A stretch of DNA of 63,898 nt, the filler included, from Octopus bimaculoides (taxonomy: Eukaryota), in assembly GCF_001194135.2 (NCBI RefSeq). It is 4 parts of 4 records of this genome, joined end to end, with 100 filler letters (N's around TTAATTAATTAA, not from the genome) between each part and the next. Parts side by side here need not be neighbours in the genome. Positions count along the whole stretch, not along the records: positions 32,655 to 61,430 come from NC_068983.1; positions 61,531 to 63,898 come from NC_068989.1; 2 more parts are not named here. One strand, 5' to 3'. Both the position numbers and the translations under genes were made by a program. Positions within the stretch are counted from its first letter, which is position 1. Every line of letters begins with the position of its first letter. Positions 51,300 to 63,898 of this stretch are shown piece after piece. Under the pieces are notes generated by a model, which ran no database searches, was not told the DNA's origin, and saw only the letters and a list, made by a program, of their open reading frames with translations.

Positions 51300-51700
51300 T
51301 TATTCTGTTATTCTTTTATTTGCTTCAGTCATTTAACTGCAGCCATGCTGGAGCACCGCCTTTAGTCGAACAAATCGACCCCAGTACTTATTCTATCGGT
51401 CACTTTGCCGAACTGCTAATTTACAGGGACGTAAACACACCAACATTGGTTGTCACGCGTTGGTGGGGGACAAATATAGACGCACAAATACACACACACA
51501 CACACACATACACACACACACACGTATATATATATATATATATATATATACGACAGGCTTCTTTCAGTTTTTGTCTACCAAATCCACTTGGTCGGCCCGC
51601 GGCTATAATTGAAGACGCTTGCCCAGGGTGCCACGTAGTGGGGACTGAACACGGAACCATGTGGCTGGTAAGCAAGCTGCTTACCATACAGCCGCTTCTC
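51300..51700 (-). mobile_element. SINE family A
   Basis: gccatgctggagcaccgcctttagtcgaacaaatcgacccc...gggactgaacacggaaccatgtggctggtaagc. Confidence 0.9.
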
Positions 51701-52067
51701 CGCCTATACTTTTGTTATTTAATTCCTGGTGTTATTTCGGCTGACTGTGGGTTTTCATGTAGTGTGTGGGTGATTTGTAGAAATGATAGAGAGTTGGACA
51801 AATGCCGTATATTATTTGTTCCAGCTCTTTATGGCACAAATAATACCAAGTTTCAATCATATCAAGATCAATTTTGCTTTACATCCTTCCAGACTGGTAG
51901 AATAAAGTTCTTTTCAAGTATTGAAGTCAGACTCACACTATTAGTCTTGGCTCTCCTCATCTAAGTGAAGGGCGTGGGAGACCACCTACAATATTTCTTT
52001 CTTCAAAGAAAGGGGCCAAGGTTCCGCATATTATTGCATGGTATGATTATTATGATGGTGGTAATAA

Positions 52068-52280
52068 TCCTTTCTAAAGGCGCAAGGCCTGAAATTTTGA
52101 GGGAGAGGTCTAATCGATTACAACAACGCCAGTACTCGACTAGTACTTAATTCATCGACCCCGAAAAGAGGAAAGGCAAAGTCGACCTCGGCGGAATTTG
52201 AACTCAGAATGTGAAGAAGGGCGAAATACCGTTAAGCTTTTCGTCCGACATGCTAACGATTCTGACAGCTCACCGCCTTA
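52068..52280 (-). mobile_element. SINE family B, well preserved
   Basis: atcgaccccgaaaagaggaaaggcaaagtcgacctcggcggaatttgaactcagaa. Further degenerate copies at about 8235-8590, 11190-11300, 45960-46110 and 60500-60670. Confidence 0.9.
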
Positions 52281-52449
52281 TGATGGTGATAATAATGATG
52301 ATGATGATGTAGATGATGATGATGATGATGATGTTGATGAGTTAATGTTTGAAGTTGTCCACTGTTTTTTTTTTCTTAGCCTGGCTATTTCTAGTGTAAA
52401 ATTGATGTTGCGTTCTTTTTTTTTATGTTTCCTCCTGATATATGTTTTC

Positions 52450-52900
52450 GCTTGCGTTTATAGCTAATTTGTTAAATATAAGTACTGCAAGGGTGATAGT
52501 ATCTCGCTAAATTCTGAAAAACTCACTGGTGTATCTTGATGCAACTAGTTGCATTGTGTTGTTTTTGAAGTTTATAAATGTGTTACTTGTTGTCTTTGTT
52601 GATGTGTAAGTTTGTTACTATGACTGTTTGGTAGGTAGGTAGTCCGAAGAAAGTAGGCAAATTGCTTGCAAGGTAGTTGTGATAACTAGGTATATGAAAG
52701 AGATGCGATGTCTAGAGAAGCGTTGTTGTAGAGGGACTGTGAGATATATGTTCGTTTTGGTGTGATTTGCTTAGAATACACAGGAAGTTAAAAGGCGATG
52801 ATATTGCTAAGTCTTTTGTTACCTGAACTACGTGGAAACGGCGACTTGTTAAGAGCATTGACTCTTCCTCATGAGTGATGCTTCTCAAAGAGTGAATATA
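52450..52900 (-). mobile_element. Probable decayed Penelope-like (GIY-YIG region) relic
   Basis: A/C-rich minus strand; TYISQS then, after a frameshift, LQQRFSRHRISF, resembling the YIG.T...RF..H..SF motif. Confidence 0.4.
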
Positions 52901-52992
52901 TGGAGGGTACATAACCTGAGGGTGGTCGGTGAGGTCGATGCTGCTTCTGCTGCTGCTACTACTACTACTACTACTAGTACTACTAGTACTAG

Positions 52993-53026
<34 letters not shown>

Positions 53027-53176
53027 GCTACTTCTGCGGCTGCTGGAATTTGCTTTTAAAAATTGAAATATCTAGCAAACATTTTAACTAACCTAAAGTT
53101 TGTTCCTAATCATTGCTTGGCGCTGATGCTGTCATAAACATACACACATGCAGACAGACAGACAGACAGACAGACA

Positions 53177-53225
<49 letters not shown>

Positions 53226-53831
53226 TCTCACACACACACACTCACACGCGCGCGCGCACATAATAAAGGAAATCGCATTGTTCGTTTTTATTTTGAAAAC
53301 CTACATTTGTAGTCTAATATCATTTCTTAATCCCTCTATTTGTAGCTTTTCGTTTCCTCTGGGCCATACATAAAGCCGACTTCAATACAGAAATAGTCGT
53401 AATATTTATATTTGAGCTAAGTTTACATTTCACATGAGATACAATTCTTAAGTGGCTACTTAATTTAAAGCTGTTGATTTTAAAAGTGTTTTTTGTTATT
53501 TTTTTGTTATCATGTTACAAGAACGCACAGAATGCAGGTATAAAATGTGCAGGCGGATGAAAATAATGTTACCAGAAATTATTTGCTTGTATACAAAAAG
53601 ATTGCGTATGGATACTGGAAAATGGTAAATGAGAGTAATTTCATTAACAAGTCTGAACAGAACAAAGTTTAGTTGATAAATGTTCATAACAATCAGTTTG
53701 TAGTGTTAGAATAAGTCAGAGTTCACTATAAACAAAAAATGCATGCAAGAGAAAAATATTACAGCAAAGCATCATGGGCAAGTGTCTTTCACGATGTGTG
53801 TATACATATACATATACATATACAAATACAT

Positions 53832-53867
<36 letters not shown>

Positions 53868-54469
53868 CCCCAGGAGCGCCTTCGGATTTAAACATCCCCT
53901 GGTTGCTTGGATGCTTCAGACTACCCCTGAAGGATCGAGGCAAACCTACCACTTACCTATATANNNNNNNNNNNNNNNNNNNNNNNNNNNNNNNNNNNNN
54001 NNNNNNNNNNNNNNNNNNNNNNNNNNNNNNNNNNNNNNNNNNNNNNNNNNNNNNNNNNNNNNNNNNNNNNNNNNNNNNNNNNNNNNNNNNNNNNNNNNNN
54101 NNNNNNNNNNNNNNNNNNNNNNNNNNNNNNNNNNNNNNNNNNNNNNNNNNNNNNNNNNNNNNNNNNNNNNNNNNNNNNNNNNNNNNNNNNNNNNNNNNNN
54201 NNNNNNNNNNNNNNNNNNNNNNNNNNNNNNNNNNNNNNNNNNNNNNNNNNNNNNNNNNNNNNNNNNNNNNNNNNNNNNNNNNNNNNNNNNATGAGTATAT
54301 GCATATATACATACAGGTATGTGCATACCGACATCCACCTGTATGTATAGGTGCATATCTGGGTACAGGACATTGCAAACAAAACGTAGACGAGAAAACA
54401 CACAAGCCACATAGAGAACATTCTACTTCATCAGCTACCCCCGTTTTAACACCGGCGTTTCGAAGAGCT

Positions 54470-54690
54470 ATATATATTCTTTTACTTGTTTCAGTCATTT
54501 GACTGTGGCCATGCTGGAGCACCGCCTTAAAAGAATTTTTAATCTAAGAAAGCAATCCCAGGACTTATGGTCTGCAGGCTTAGTACTTTTCCATCGTTGC
54601 CTATTGCCGAACCGCTAAGTTACGGGGACGTAAACACAACAACATCGATTGTCAAGTGATAGTGGGGAGACAAACACACAGATATATATA
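54470..54690 (-). mobile_element. SINE family A, 3' half
   Basis: ggccatgctggagcaccgcc...ccgaaccgctaagttacggggacgtaaacac. Confidence 0.85.
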
Positions 54691-54699
54691 TATATATAT

Positions 54700-56960
54700 G
54701 ATGAACTCTCCCGTCGGTTTCGACGTATGAAGCTTCGACAACGTACTCTTTCTTTGTCAGTCATAATGGTTATATCGAATGTGACATTTAAGTCCCGCCA
54801 ACGATTTGCAAAGAAGGCCACAGATGTTGCAAGTATGAGGATTCCAGGTCACTGCAGGTGGTATATTTGCAGCCGCTTTTCTCCTTTATCTTGCACCCCG
54901 AAGCCTGTTAATGCTGGTTGCAACAAAGTTTTTAATACCATTTTGACACAACGATCTCCATTTTGTTCGCTCAAAACTGTTGTGAGCTATTTTCATTTCT
55001 AAGCAGTTACTCTTCAGCTTGTCTTTATATCTGAGCCATGGTCGACCAACACTCTTCTGTCCACTCTCAAGCTGGCTGTACATAATGACTTTGGGTATTT
55101 TTTCGTCACTCATTCTGACGACATGACCAGCCCAGTGCAGTTGTGACTGTATAAGGAAGCTCTCAATTCCACCAATCTAAACAAGTCGGCATTAGAAACT
55201 CTGTCTTTTAGTGCATGACCGAAGATTGTGCTCAGACAGTCTTTGTGGAAGATGTCGGGATGGTTAATGTGTCGTCTATAGGGTATCCACGATTTTGAAC
55301 CATACAAGAGTGTAGTAAGAATTGTTGCTTTATAGACCTGTACTTTGGTGACTGAGGTGGAGTTCAACACGGCTTCAAAGTGATCTTTCCATAATTTCAG
55401 GATGCTAGATTTGTCAGTCAATAGTCTCTCTATTCGATGAAAAAATAGGAATAACACCGTGCTCTTGAGGACCATACACTTTCTTGAAGCCACCATAAAA
55501 GGCTTTAGAATCCTTTCTGTCTGCAGCTTCTTGGGGGTCAGCAGCCTTGAAAGACCACCAAGTCTCCTTCATTTGTCTCAGAGCTTGTTGGACCTGGCCT
55601 CTGCATTTCTTGTAGGCATTCCCTTTTCTGGATATGCTCTTATAATTTAACTATGTTTTATGACAGCTGTGCATTTTATCTAACAACTGTTGGACATCTG
55701 TGTTGTTATCGTTGAACCAATCTTGATGTTTATGAACAGAAAGTCCAAGAACCTCTATAGATGCAGAATACGTTGCGTCATGCAGAGCCATCCAAGTTGA
55801 TTCTATGTCATTGATATCAACAGTGTTGAGTGCAATGTCCAACTTGATAGAGAGTTCACTCTGCTTTTCAACAGTTTTCAAAGGCAGAACATTAATGCGC
55901 TTAGGTACTGATGACTTTTGTGGTCTAGTGTGTTTCAGATGGAACGTAATCTTACTAGGGAGAAGAAAATGGTCAGAGAGATAGCAGGTGTTATGAAAGG
56001 AACGTGTACTGTTAAAGTCCCTAATATCTCGTTTCTTAATGATAACATAGTCTATGAGATGCCAGTTCTTTGATCTAGGATGTATCCAGGTTGTCTGGCA
56101 TCAATTTCGCTGTTGGAAAAAGTTATTTGTGATGCTTAGACTGAATTCCCTGCAGACCGCTGGAGTTCATTCGACCTACACTGTGGCTACCAAGTACACT
56201 CTCCTATGCCTGATAGTCAGTACCCTCACGAGCGTTAAAGTCACCCATAAGGATAAGTTTATCCCTATGGTGACAACTGGAGATGACATCACAGAGTTAG
56301 TTGTAATATTTATCCTTTTCCTGCTCGGTGCTGGTCATGATTGGGGCATAGCAACTAACAAGCGTAGCACGGGTGTTGTTATCAAGTTCAATACCTTTGG
56401 GTAGAGAAAGCTAGCTATTTCTGTTTTGATGGCAAACCAACACCAGTGGGGCATGGCTTGTCTTCATTTCTTCCACCTTTATTTTCTTCTACCTTAGATG
56501 ATCCTGCAAGACAAATTTCACTGAGTGCAGCTATTTCAATATTGTATTTATTTAGTTCAAGGGCAATCAGTGCTGCTTTTCGTTCTGGTGCTGAGTGACT
56601 GAGTGGAGAGTGTGCACATTCCAAGAACTAAGATTAACATTCCAAGAACCAAGATTAATATTCTTCATGTTTCGACAGCGTTACTGAATAACCAGACAGC
56701 CGTAGCGGGCTGTCAAATTCAAGCTGAGTAGGCAATGCTTAGGGCTCCTTTTCTTGTCCCTCTCCCTGTTGGAGAAAGCAGTGCTGTGTCTAAATAGACC
56801 TACTTTATCACCACTGGAAGACACGGACAGTACAGTTACTCACAAGTTTCGTGCTGGAACGGCTATCACCCAATGGTCGCCGACTGTGTAGAGATCCAGC
56901 AAGAGACTTCCAGTAACACCCTTTACCTGTCCCTGCCGCTTTCACTCTCTCGCCAGAAGA
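54700..56960 (-). mobile_element. RTE-clade LINE, decayed, with the RT domain internally deleted
   Basis: APE start PERKAALIALELNKYNIEIAALSE; HPRSKNWHLIDY near 56050-56090; HKHQDWFNDN; LWKDHFEAVLN joined directly to TKVQVYKATILTTLLYGSKSW; GRPWLRYKDKLK; terminal C2H2-like CNICGLLCKSLAGLKCH. Confidence 0.92.
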
Positions 56961-57119
56961 CTTTCTGATTTTTCAAGTTGAAGCTGTGCCGTATTCACTG
57001 AATACATGTAAGTTGTCAGAAAACCTACACATATGATTTGATTTGAGTGTTAAAGGCTTGTGTAGAACCAGCCACACATTTTGGAAGTGATGATAGCAAG
57101 AATATGGTGCACTTATGTT

Positions 57120-57620
57120 CCACAATACCAAGAACAACACACCTCAGGCTTTTTCTTCGGAGGTTTCCATCTCTTAGACGAGGTGCTACAAACAAGCTAT
57201 GAGTCAGAGTTTGCTGATAGTACAGTCCTGTTAGAGAGACCCTCAGCAACCAAATACCTGGTTTTATATCAGAATTTCTCTCTCCTAGATGGGATGCCTT
57301 CACCACGGTCAAGGAGCTCCATCTGCCTCCTAATATATGGAATTAAATACATCAAATTTAATATATACACACACATACACATATAGTTGGTTGGCCGTTG
57401 ACTACTCATGAGTTCCTTTGCCCTTTATGACTGGTTTTATTTTTCGTCCTGCAGGGTGTCCACCAATCACCCTCCTCACCAAGCAAGCTTGGTAAGGTTG
57501 CCAGTTTAGTCGCCGACGACCCGACCATGTAACAAATTGTACTGGGTTACATGTTACCAGTAGTGAACAAGAGCGACTAATACCACTCAAGAGCGACCAG
57601 ACTTGTATTTTTGAGAGGTG
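57120..57620. mobile_element. Probable RTE 5'-UTR-like fragments
   Basis: Motifs tttctctctcctagatgggatgcc and tttagtcgccgacgacccgacc resemble RTE UTRs as I recall them. No coding evidence. Confidence 0.35.
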
Positions 57621-57719
57621 GGGTTTCCCTAAAGAAATGACGAACTTCTTTCAGTCTCTGTCTGTCAAATCCACTCTTAGGGCTTTGGTCAGCCCGAGGC
57701 TAGAGTAGAAGGCACTTGT

Positions 57720-58466
57720 AATAACATGAAATTAGTTACCCGACAGTAAGAATTCAAATAAAGTAGCCCCAAAAAGAGCTTTAATGCGTTCCCAGAGTAT
57801 ATAGAACATAGGAGGAAATACTAATAAGGTGTGTATACTAAAATCGTTAAGTATGTTCCGTAATAACAGGATAATCATGTATGAGATAATAACAATTCAA
57901 AGTAAATAACTCTGAAAAGGGCTTTTGTGCGTTCCCAGAGAATATTACCCTAAGGGGTGCTAGTGTTGGTATATTTGTGAATAAGTCACCAACCGANNNN
58001 NNNNNNAGAGAATATTACCCTAAGGGGTGCTAGTGTTGGTATATTTGTGAATAAGTCACCAACCGAAATAAGTGGATCTATTGTCTAGGAAAATACTATT
58101 TACTTGTTTAAGTGTTGTACTGGATAAATTGCGAAAATACTTCTAACAGTTCAAATTCTAAGAAATAAGCATAGTCAATTTGATTTACACCAAATGATTT
58201 AGGAAAATGAATGGGTTATTTCCCTTGCTGTTTAAATCTGGGCAAATGGGTTATTTCCCTTGGATGTTAAAATGAGATATATTAGATATATAAAAGGATC
58301 CCTTCCAGGGGCCCTATTATCGATTTTTTTTCAACAATGAGGTTTCCAGACATGAGTACTATTCACGTGTCAATTTTCATCAAAATCGATAAAACGATGT
58401 AGGAGGAGTTGGCTAACAACCCCACAAACACACCCACAGACAGAATTTCCCACATATGTTGTAGAT
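57720..58466 (+). mobile_element. Possible Helentron/HINE (DINE-1/Lep1-like) non-autonomous element
   Basis: 3' end aattttcatcaaaatcgataaaacgatgtaggaggagtt...cacagacagaatttcccacatatgttgtagat. Internal ~145-bp degenerate direct repeats (gcgttcccagag twice). Confidence 0.4.
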
Positions 58467-59389
58467 TACAAATACTTTTATTAGCTTCTGGTTAAAGAAA
58501 TTTAAGTTAATATTAGTTACTGATAATTTTATATTATAACTTATAGTGGTGGTATATTAATGAGTATATAGTGTTTTATAATTAACATTTGAATGATGAA
58601 TTAATGTATTTCACTCATAAAATATTAGTAAAATTAATTCCAATCGTGTTTTGTTTTGGAAAAAATTTATAAGGCTTCAACCTTCGTTATAGTAATATCT
58701 ATGGAAGACCGGTGGGATTATTATTTATATGGACTTAACGATTGGTCGCAATTTATCATATAAATTAGTTATTGCAGTTTACTATTAATACCGATACAAT
58801 GTACATTGATTTATATGTCTCTTTGTTGTAGTTTTGTTAAAATTAGTGTTTAATCTTGCCTATATATTAATTGATTAAAATAACGTGGTCATTAAGCTTT
58901 TACTTTTATATTATACTACTGAAGATGGTTGGGAGAAAGTCAAAACAAATAAATAAATAAAATATTAGTATAATATTTTTACTCCTTATCAAGAACCCAC
59001 ATTTTCTGCAATCCGATTTTTTATATAAATACGTGTGGTCGTCATGGGAGGATTTTAATCTGCCTTTTCCGAATCTGTACTTGCAAGTGTTTGTGCATAG
59101 ACGTGCAAACTCGCTTTGTTACGGGTATGTATTAACACTTGTTCGTATTTTTTTACATATATTGCGCTGAAGATAAAAGAAAATCTATTTAGGAACTTAA
59201 TCTTGAAATTAGCTAATTCGCAGTTAATGTGGAGTCTTTTAAAACATCTTCTCACCAGCCCGCTTTCAATCGCATGTATTCATGGAATTGTTTCAGTAGC
59301 TTCGTAATGCTTGGACATTAATTCAGTATGGAGGAGATAAGTGTTGTTTTGACTTTCTCCCTTAAAATAATTGTATATATATATAGATA

Positions 59390-59850
59390 TGTGGTAAGTA
59401 GCTTGCTTACCAACCACATGGTTCCGGGTTCAGTCCCACTGCGTGGCACCTTGGGCAAGTGTCTTCTACTATAGCCTCGGGCCGACCAAAGCCTTGTGAG
59501 TGGATTTGGTAGACGGAAACTGAAAGAAGCCCGTCGTATATATGTATATGTATATGTGTGTGTGTTTGTGTGTCTGTGTTTGTCCACCCACCATCGCTTG
59601 ACAACCGATGCTGGTGTGTTTACGTCCCCGTAACTTAGCGGTTCGACACAAAGAGACCTATANNNNNNNNNNCACCATCGCTTGACAACCGATGCTGGTG
59701 TGTTTACGTCCCTGTAACTTAGCGGTTCGACACAAAGAGACCGATAGAATAAGTACTAGACTTACAAAGAATAAGTTCTGGGGTCGATTTGCTCGACTAA
59801 AGGTGGTGCTCCAGCATGGCCACAGTCAAATGACTGAAACTAGTAAAAGA
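59390..59850 (+). mobile_element. SINE family A, young CpG-intact copy
   Basis: Near-consensus sequence; part is duplicated across the 10-N gap at 59663-59672. Confidence 0.95.
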
Positions 59851-61084
59851 GTAAAAGAGTAAAAGATATATACATATACATATATATATGTATGTATGTA
59901 TATATATATATATATATTTATTTATTTATAATTATTAATTTTATATATATATACATAAATGTAAATGTATATGTATATGTGTGTGTGTCCATGCGTGTGT
60001 ATGTGTGTGTGTATGTCTGTGTGAGTGCGCGCGCGCGTTTTTATGTTTGTCCACCATAACCACTTGACAACCGATGTTGATTTGTTTACTTCCCCGCAAC
60101 TTAGAGGTTCGCCAAAAAAAAAATGTGTGATTGAATCAGTATCAAGCTTAAGAATAAATTGTGCGGTGGATTTGTTCGACTAAACCCTTAAGATCGTGAC
60201 CCAACATAGCAGCAGTCTAAAAAATGATACAAGTAAAAGAAAGACTTGTTAGAAGTCTGCAAGGTAATATTTGAGGAATATTTTGCTGCTGTTTCTTACA
60301 CATCCAATGACCACTATGAGGTTTCGTTATACAGGTCTGGTGTTGAACTGGGCTTCGTGTCAGACGTATCAGCTCTATACATATCTCAACTGGTACTTAG
60401 ACAAGCATGAAGGACGTAACGAAATGTCACACAACGAAATCTTTAGTTCGCTACTCTACGGTTTCTGCACAGGGTCTATGCTTCTGTAATAATGATTTCT
60501 TACACAGACCCAAGGTCATAGTACTTGACTAGGACTCATTTATCAATCCTGCAAGGATGAAAGGAAAATACAATCTCAGTTGGATTTGAACTCGGAATGT
60601 AAAAGCGAAGTAAATAAAAAACCATTAAGCCTTTTACTTTGACACGCCATTGATTCTGTTGATCCGCCGCCCACTTCCCGTGTAATAATAACTGAGCGCC
60701 GGCCATAAATCTTTCACGGTTCGTCGGGAGAGGATATTGAAAAAAATAAAAATAAAAAACGAAGAAACAAGACAAAATAATGCTTGTAAGCGGGGTAGAG
60801 AAGGCGATATATCCAAGGAGAAAGCTGCTGGTAGCCCTAGCTGACTGATGTGATGACAGACAATAACAACATGGCTGCTGAGACATGTCTCAATCATTAA
60901 CTCTACGGAAACAACAACAACAATAAAACTGGCACAAGCAGCCACAATACTAGCAGCTGAAACAAAAGAACAACAACACCACCACCACCACCATCGCCAG
61001 AATCGACTCCAACAACAAGAACAAGCATTAGTAACAAAACAACATCTAATGCCTCGAGCCAACGAATGACTCTCAACGTTGTCA

Positions 61085-61290
61085 CTCGTGCTGTCTAAGC
61101 ATAGCAGTCAAATCTCCCTCAGACCAACGGTCCTGAATTGCAAAATCAACAACAAAATAGAATACCTTGGAAAGTATTGGCCTGTGTGTGAACATTGGTA
61201 CCTAAGACAAAAATCAGGATGGTTTGTAACGATTAGAATGTTATCGATCATAAGTTTGACTGGTCAGGGTTGACCTGCGGCTAAACAACT
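61085..61290 (+). mobile_element. SINE-like repeat family E ending in (CAA/CTA)n
   Basis: atagcagtcaaatctccctc...gatcata.g.....tcagggttgacctg.ggctaaacaac. A reverse copy is at about 44030-44400. Confidence 0.65.
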
Positions 61291-61296
61291 ACAATA

Positions 61297-61341
<45 letters not shown>

Positions 61342-61430
61342 GTCACCATCACCACTACCAACACCACCAACACTACTACCACCACCACCAAAACCACCAC
61401 CACCACCACCACCACCATCATTTCTTCTGC

Positions 61431-61530
61431 NNNNNNNNNNNNNNNNNNNNNNNNNNNNNNNNNNNNNNNNNNNNTTAATTAATTAANNNNNNNNNNNNNN
61501 NNNNNNNNNNNNNNNNNNNNNNNNNNNNNN
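61431..61530. other. Artificial scaffold linker
   Basis: Same structure. Confidence 0.97.
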
Positions 61531-61790
61531 TCCACGAGGCTCCGGCAGGGGATGGTGGCGAACCTTGCTGTACTCTTTCACCACAACTTTCTCTCACTCT
61601 TACTTCCTGTTTCTGTTGTGCCTGTAATTCAAAGGGTCAGCCTTGTCACACTGTGTCACGCTGAATATCCCCGAGAACTACGTTAAGGGTACACGTGTCT
61701 GTGGAGTGCTCAGCCACTTGCACGAGCAAGCTGTTCCGTTGATCGGATCAACTGGAACCCTCGACATCGTAAGCGACGGAGTGCCAAGGA
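61531..61790 (+). mobile_element. SINE family C, 3' part
   Basis: Matches 13211-13500. Confidence 0.9.
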
Positions 61791-63633
61791 TCTTCTCCCA
61801 CTCGTCTTTCCATGTTTGTCAACCCTCTCTCCTTCTTATTCTCCTCCCCTTTCTATCAGTCATCTCCTCTTTATATATCTATCTGTCGGTCTCTCTCTCT
61901 CTCTCTTTCTATCTCTGTCTTTCTCTGTCTTTTTGTTTGCATTTCCCTCTTACATTCTTCCTTCTCCTACTGTTGTAACTCCCTCTCTTTCTCTCTTACA
62001 TGCTTCTCCTGAACATGCATTGCTACCCTTTCTTTCTTGTTTACTCTACCCATTCCTCTCTACCTCACAACACTTGAGAAGTTAAACTGCCCATCGGGTT
62101 ATAACTTCTCTCTGGTTATGTCATGTCTTTTCTTTCCGGCGATCATCGCCAGGTCAAATTTAATTAACACCATGTCCAAATTCTCATTAATTCATTAAAT
62201 CAGTACTTTTCTTCCTTCACCTCAACGTGATATGTGGGTGAACCAGAAATTGGGCTAACGATCGCAAAGGTGCTTGAATGATAATCTAAATAATAAATGA
62301 TATAATATATTCTTAAGAATACAAACATTTCTTATTTTACAGAAAAGGAGTTCAACAAAATGTTCAAACGTCAAATTTTTCTTTAAAAAAATTGTTGTTT
62401 TCCAGGAAAAGGCTTAATAAAACGTTGAGCCCTCAAAAGCTAGAAACTAGAATCGAAAATATGAAAAATTTTAATTGACATTTTGATGCACTTTTTGAAA
62501 AAATAATAGTTTTAGTAATAAACTCTTCTCTTCTATTCCTTCTCTTTCTTTTCTTTTTCTCTCCATTCCATTTTTCAATCCTTTTTCTTCATCTGGGTCA
62601 TCAACCCTCTTCCTAGACATATCTCACTTTCATATTTCTTCTCTCTCTCCCCACCTCTCTCTCTCTCTCTCTCTCTCTTTCACTCNNNNNNNNNNNNNNN
62701 NNNNNNNNNNNNNNNNNNNNNNNNNNNNNNNNNNNNNNNNNNNNNNNNNNNNNNNNNNNNNNNNNNNNNNNNNNNNNNNNNNNNNNNNNNNNNNNNNNNN
62801 NNNNNNNNNNNNNNNNNNNNNNNNNNNNNNNNNNNNNNNNNNNNNNNNNNNNNNNNNNNNNNNNNNNNNNNNNNNNNNNNNNNNNNNNNNNNNNNNNNNN
62901 NNNNNNNNNNNNNNNNNCCCTCAAAAGCTAGAAACTAGAATCGAAAATATGAAAAATTTTAATTGACATTTTGATGCACTTTTTGAAAAAATAATAGTTT
63001 TAGTAATAAACTCTTCTCTTCTATTCCTTCTCTTTCTTTTCTTTTTCTCTCCATTCCATTTTTCAATCCTTTTTCTTCATCTGGGTCATCAACCCTCTTC
63101 CTAGACATATCTCACTTTCATATTTCTTCTCTCTCTCCCCACCTCTCTCTCTCTCTCTCTCTCTTTCACTCGCACTCTCTCTCTCACTCTCTCCCCCTCT
63201 CTCTCTCCTCTTTCCCTCCCTCCCTATCTCCCTCTCTCTCGCACTCTCTTCTTCCTCCTTTCTTTTCCATTCTTTATTCCCTCATTCACTATGTCTTCAA
63301 TATAAACACAATATATATTGCTTCATATCAATACTGAGTGTCGATTTTTCTTTCCTTTTCTACTAGGATGGCGTATGGCCTTCCGTTGTCCTTAACCAAC
63401 TATTTTTTCTACATCATATACATGGCTTCCCTGTCATGTTTCGCCCTCAAGAACAAAATGATTGAAAAGGACAAAATGACTGAAATGAACACCACATATT
63501 TGACTAATGAACCCAATTATGCCGTATGTTAAATATAACAATCATTTCATAATTTCATAATTTTTTGCCAAATTCGGCTACTTTGACATACAATGATGAA
63601 TACTAATCAAATTATTCTTTTTCAGTACCAATT

Positions 63634-63703
<70 letters not shown>

Positions 63704-63793
63704 GGGAGAATATACAAAAAATAACAACAGACGAGGACAGGTGGTGTAAATAACAAAAGTATATATTAGTATGACGCTCGGGAATACGGAAAG

Positions 63794-63830
63794 TCTTTGA
63801 CGTTTCGAGCTACGCTCTTCAACAGAAAGA
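63794..63830 (-). ncRNA. Minimal type I hammerhead-like motif in a Penelope-like terminal repeat
   Basis: tcttt CTGTTGA a gagc-gta-gctc GAAAC GTC aaaga. Perfect stems I and II, palindromic ACGT stem III, GUC cleavage triplet. One core deviation (A6 to U). Confidence 0.7.
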
Positions 63831-63898
63831 ATACGGAGACAAGGAGAAAAACACGGAGAAAAAAAATTGAATAGTGTTCAGTCAACGGTCAATCATAA

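Noticed and set aside
54395-54470. CTGATGA and GAAAC in a repeat on -
   Set aside because: The order and pairing do not give a hammerhead topology.
56820-56960. Possible HDV-like ribozyme in the RTE 5' UTR (gctgga/tccagc pairing)
   Set aside because: I could not build P1, P1.1 or P3 consistently by hand. An RNArobo or Infernal search would settle it.
60856-61068. Q/H/T-rich open frame on + and the 142-aa ORF on -
   Set aside because: It is a degenerate CAA/CAC trinucleotide tract with no splice or homology support.

Overview
This is eukaryotic, AT-rich, repeat-dense genomic DNA. It is most likely from an octopus or other coleoid cephalopod; that is an inference from my recall of its SINE families and its heavy microsatellite load. 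The window is four assembly pieces (1-13110, 13211-32554, 32655-61430, 61531-63898) joined by artificial 100-bp N44-TTAATTAATTAA-N44 linkers, with more internal N gaps. The only host-gene sequence I can support is two phase-0 internal coding exons on + (20324-20410, 22431-22493). They encode a coiled coil resembling the C-terminal part of CEP112 and lie in a strongly CpG-depleted block. Everything else is transposon-derived or simple repeat: mariner/Tc1 relics, piggyBac- and hAT-type MITEs, an RT-deleted RTE LINE, a Tx1-like fragment, three RLE (R4-like) LINE 3' ends, probable Penelope relics, several tRNA-derived SINE families and many microsatellites. The most notable observations are: (1) a head-to-head foldback element whose arms each combine Pol III A/B boxes with a hammerhead-like motif, plus a separate near-canonical minimal hammerhead near the window end; (2) two divergent RLE LINE ends, each embedded in (ACAT)n; (3) a Tx1-like insertion with an 18-bp TSD in the tRNA-like head of a SINE; (4) two near-perfect hairpins. 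Most of the supplied ORFs are microsatellite or N-gap artefacts. Repeat boundaries are approximate unless TSDs or TIRs are quoted, and no database searches were run.
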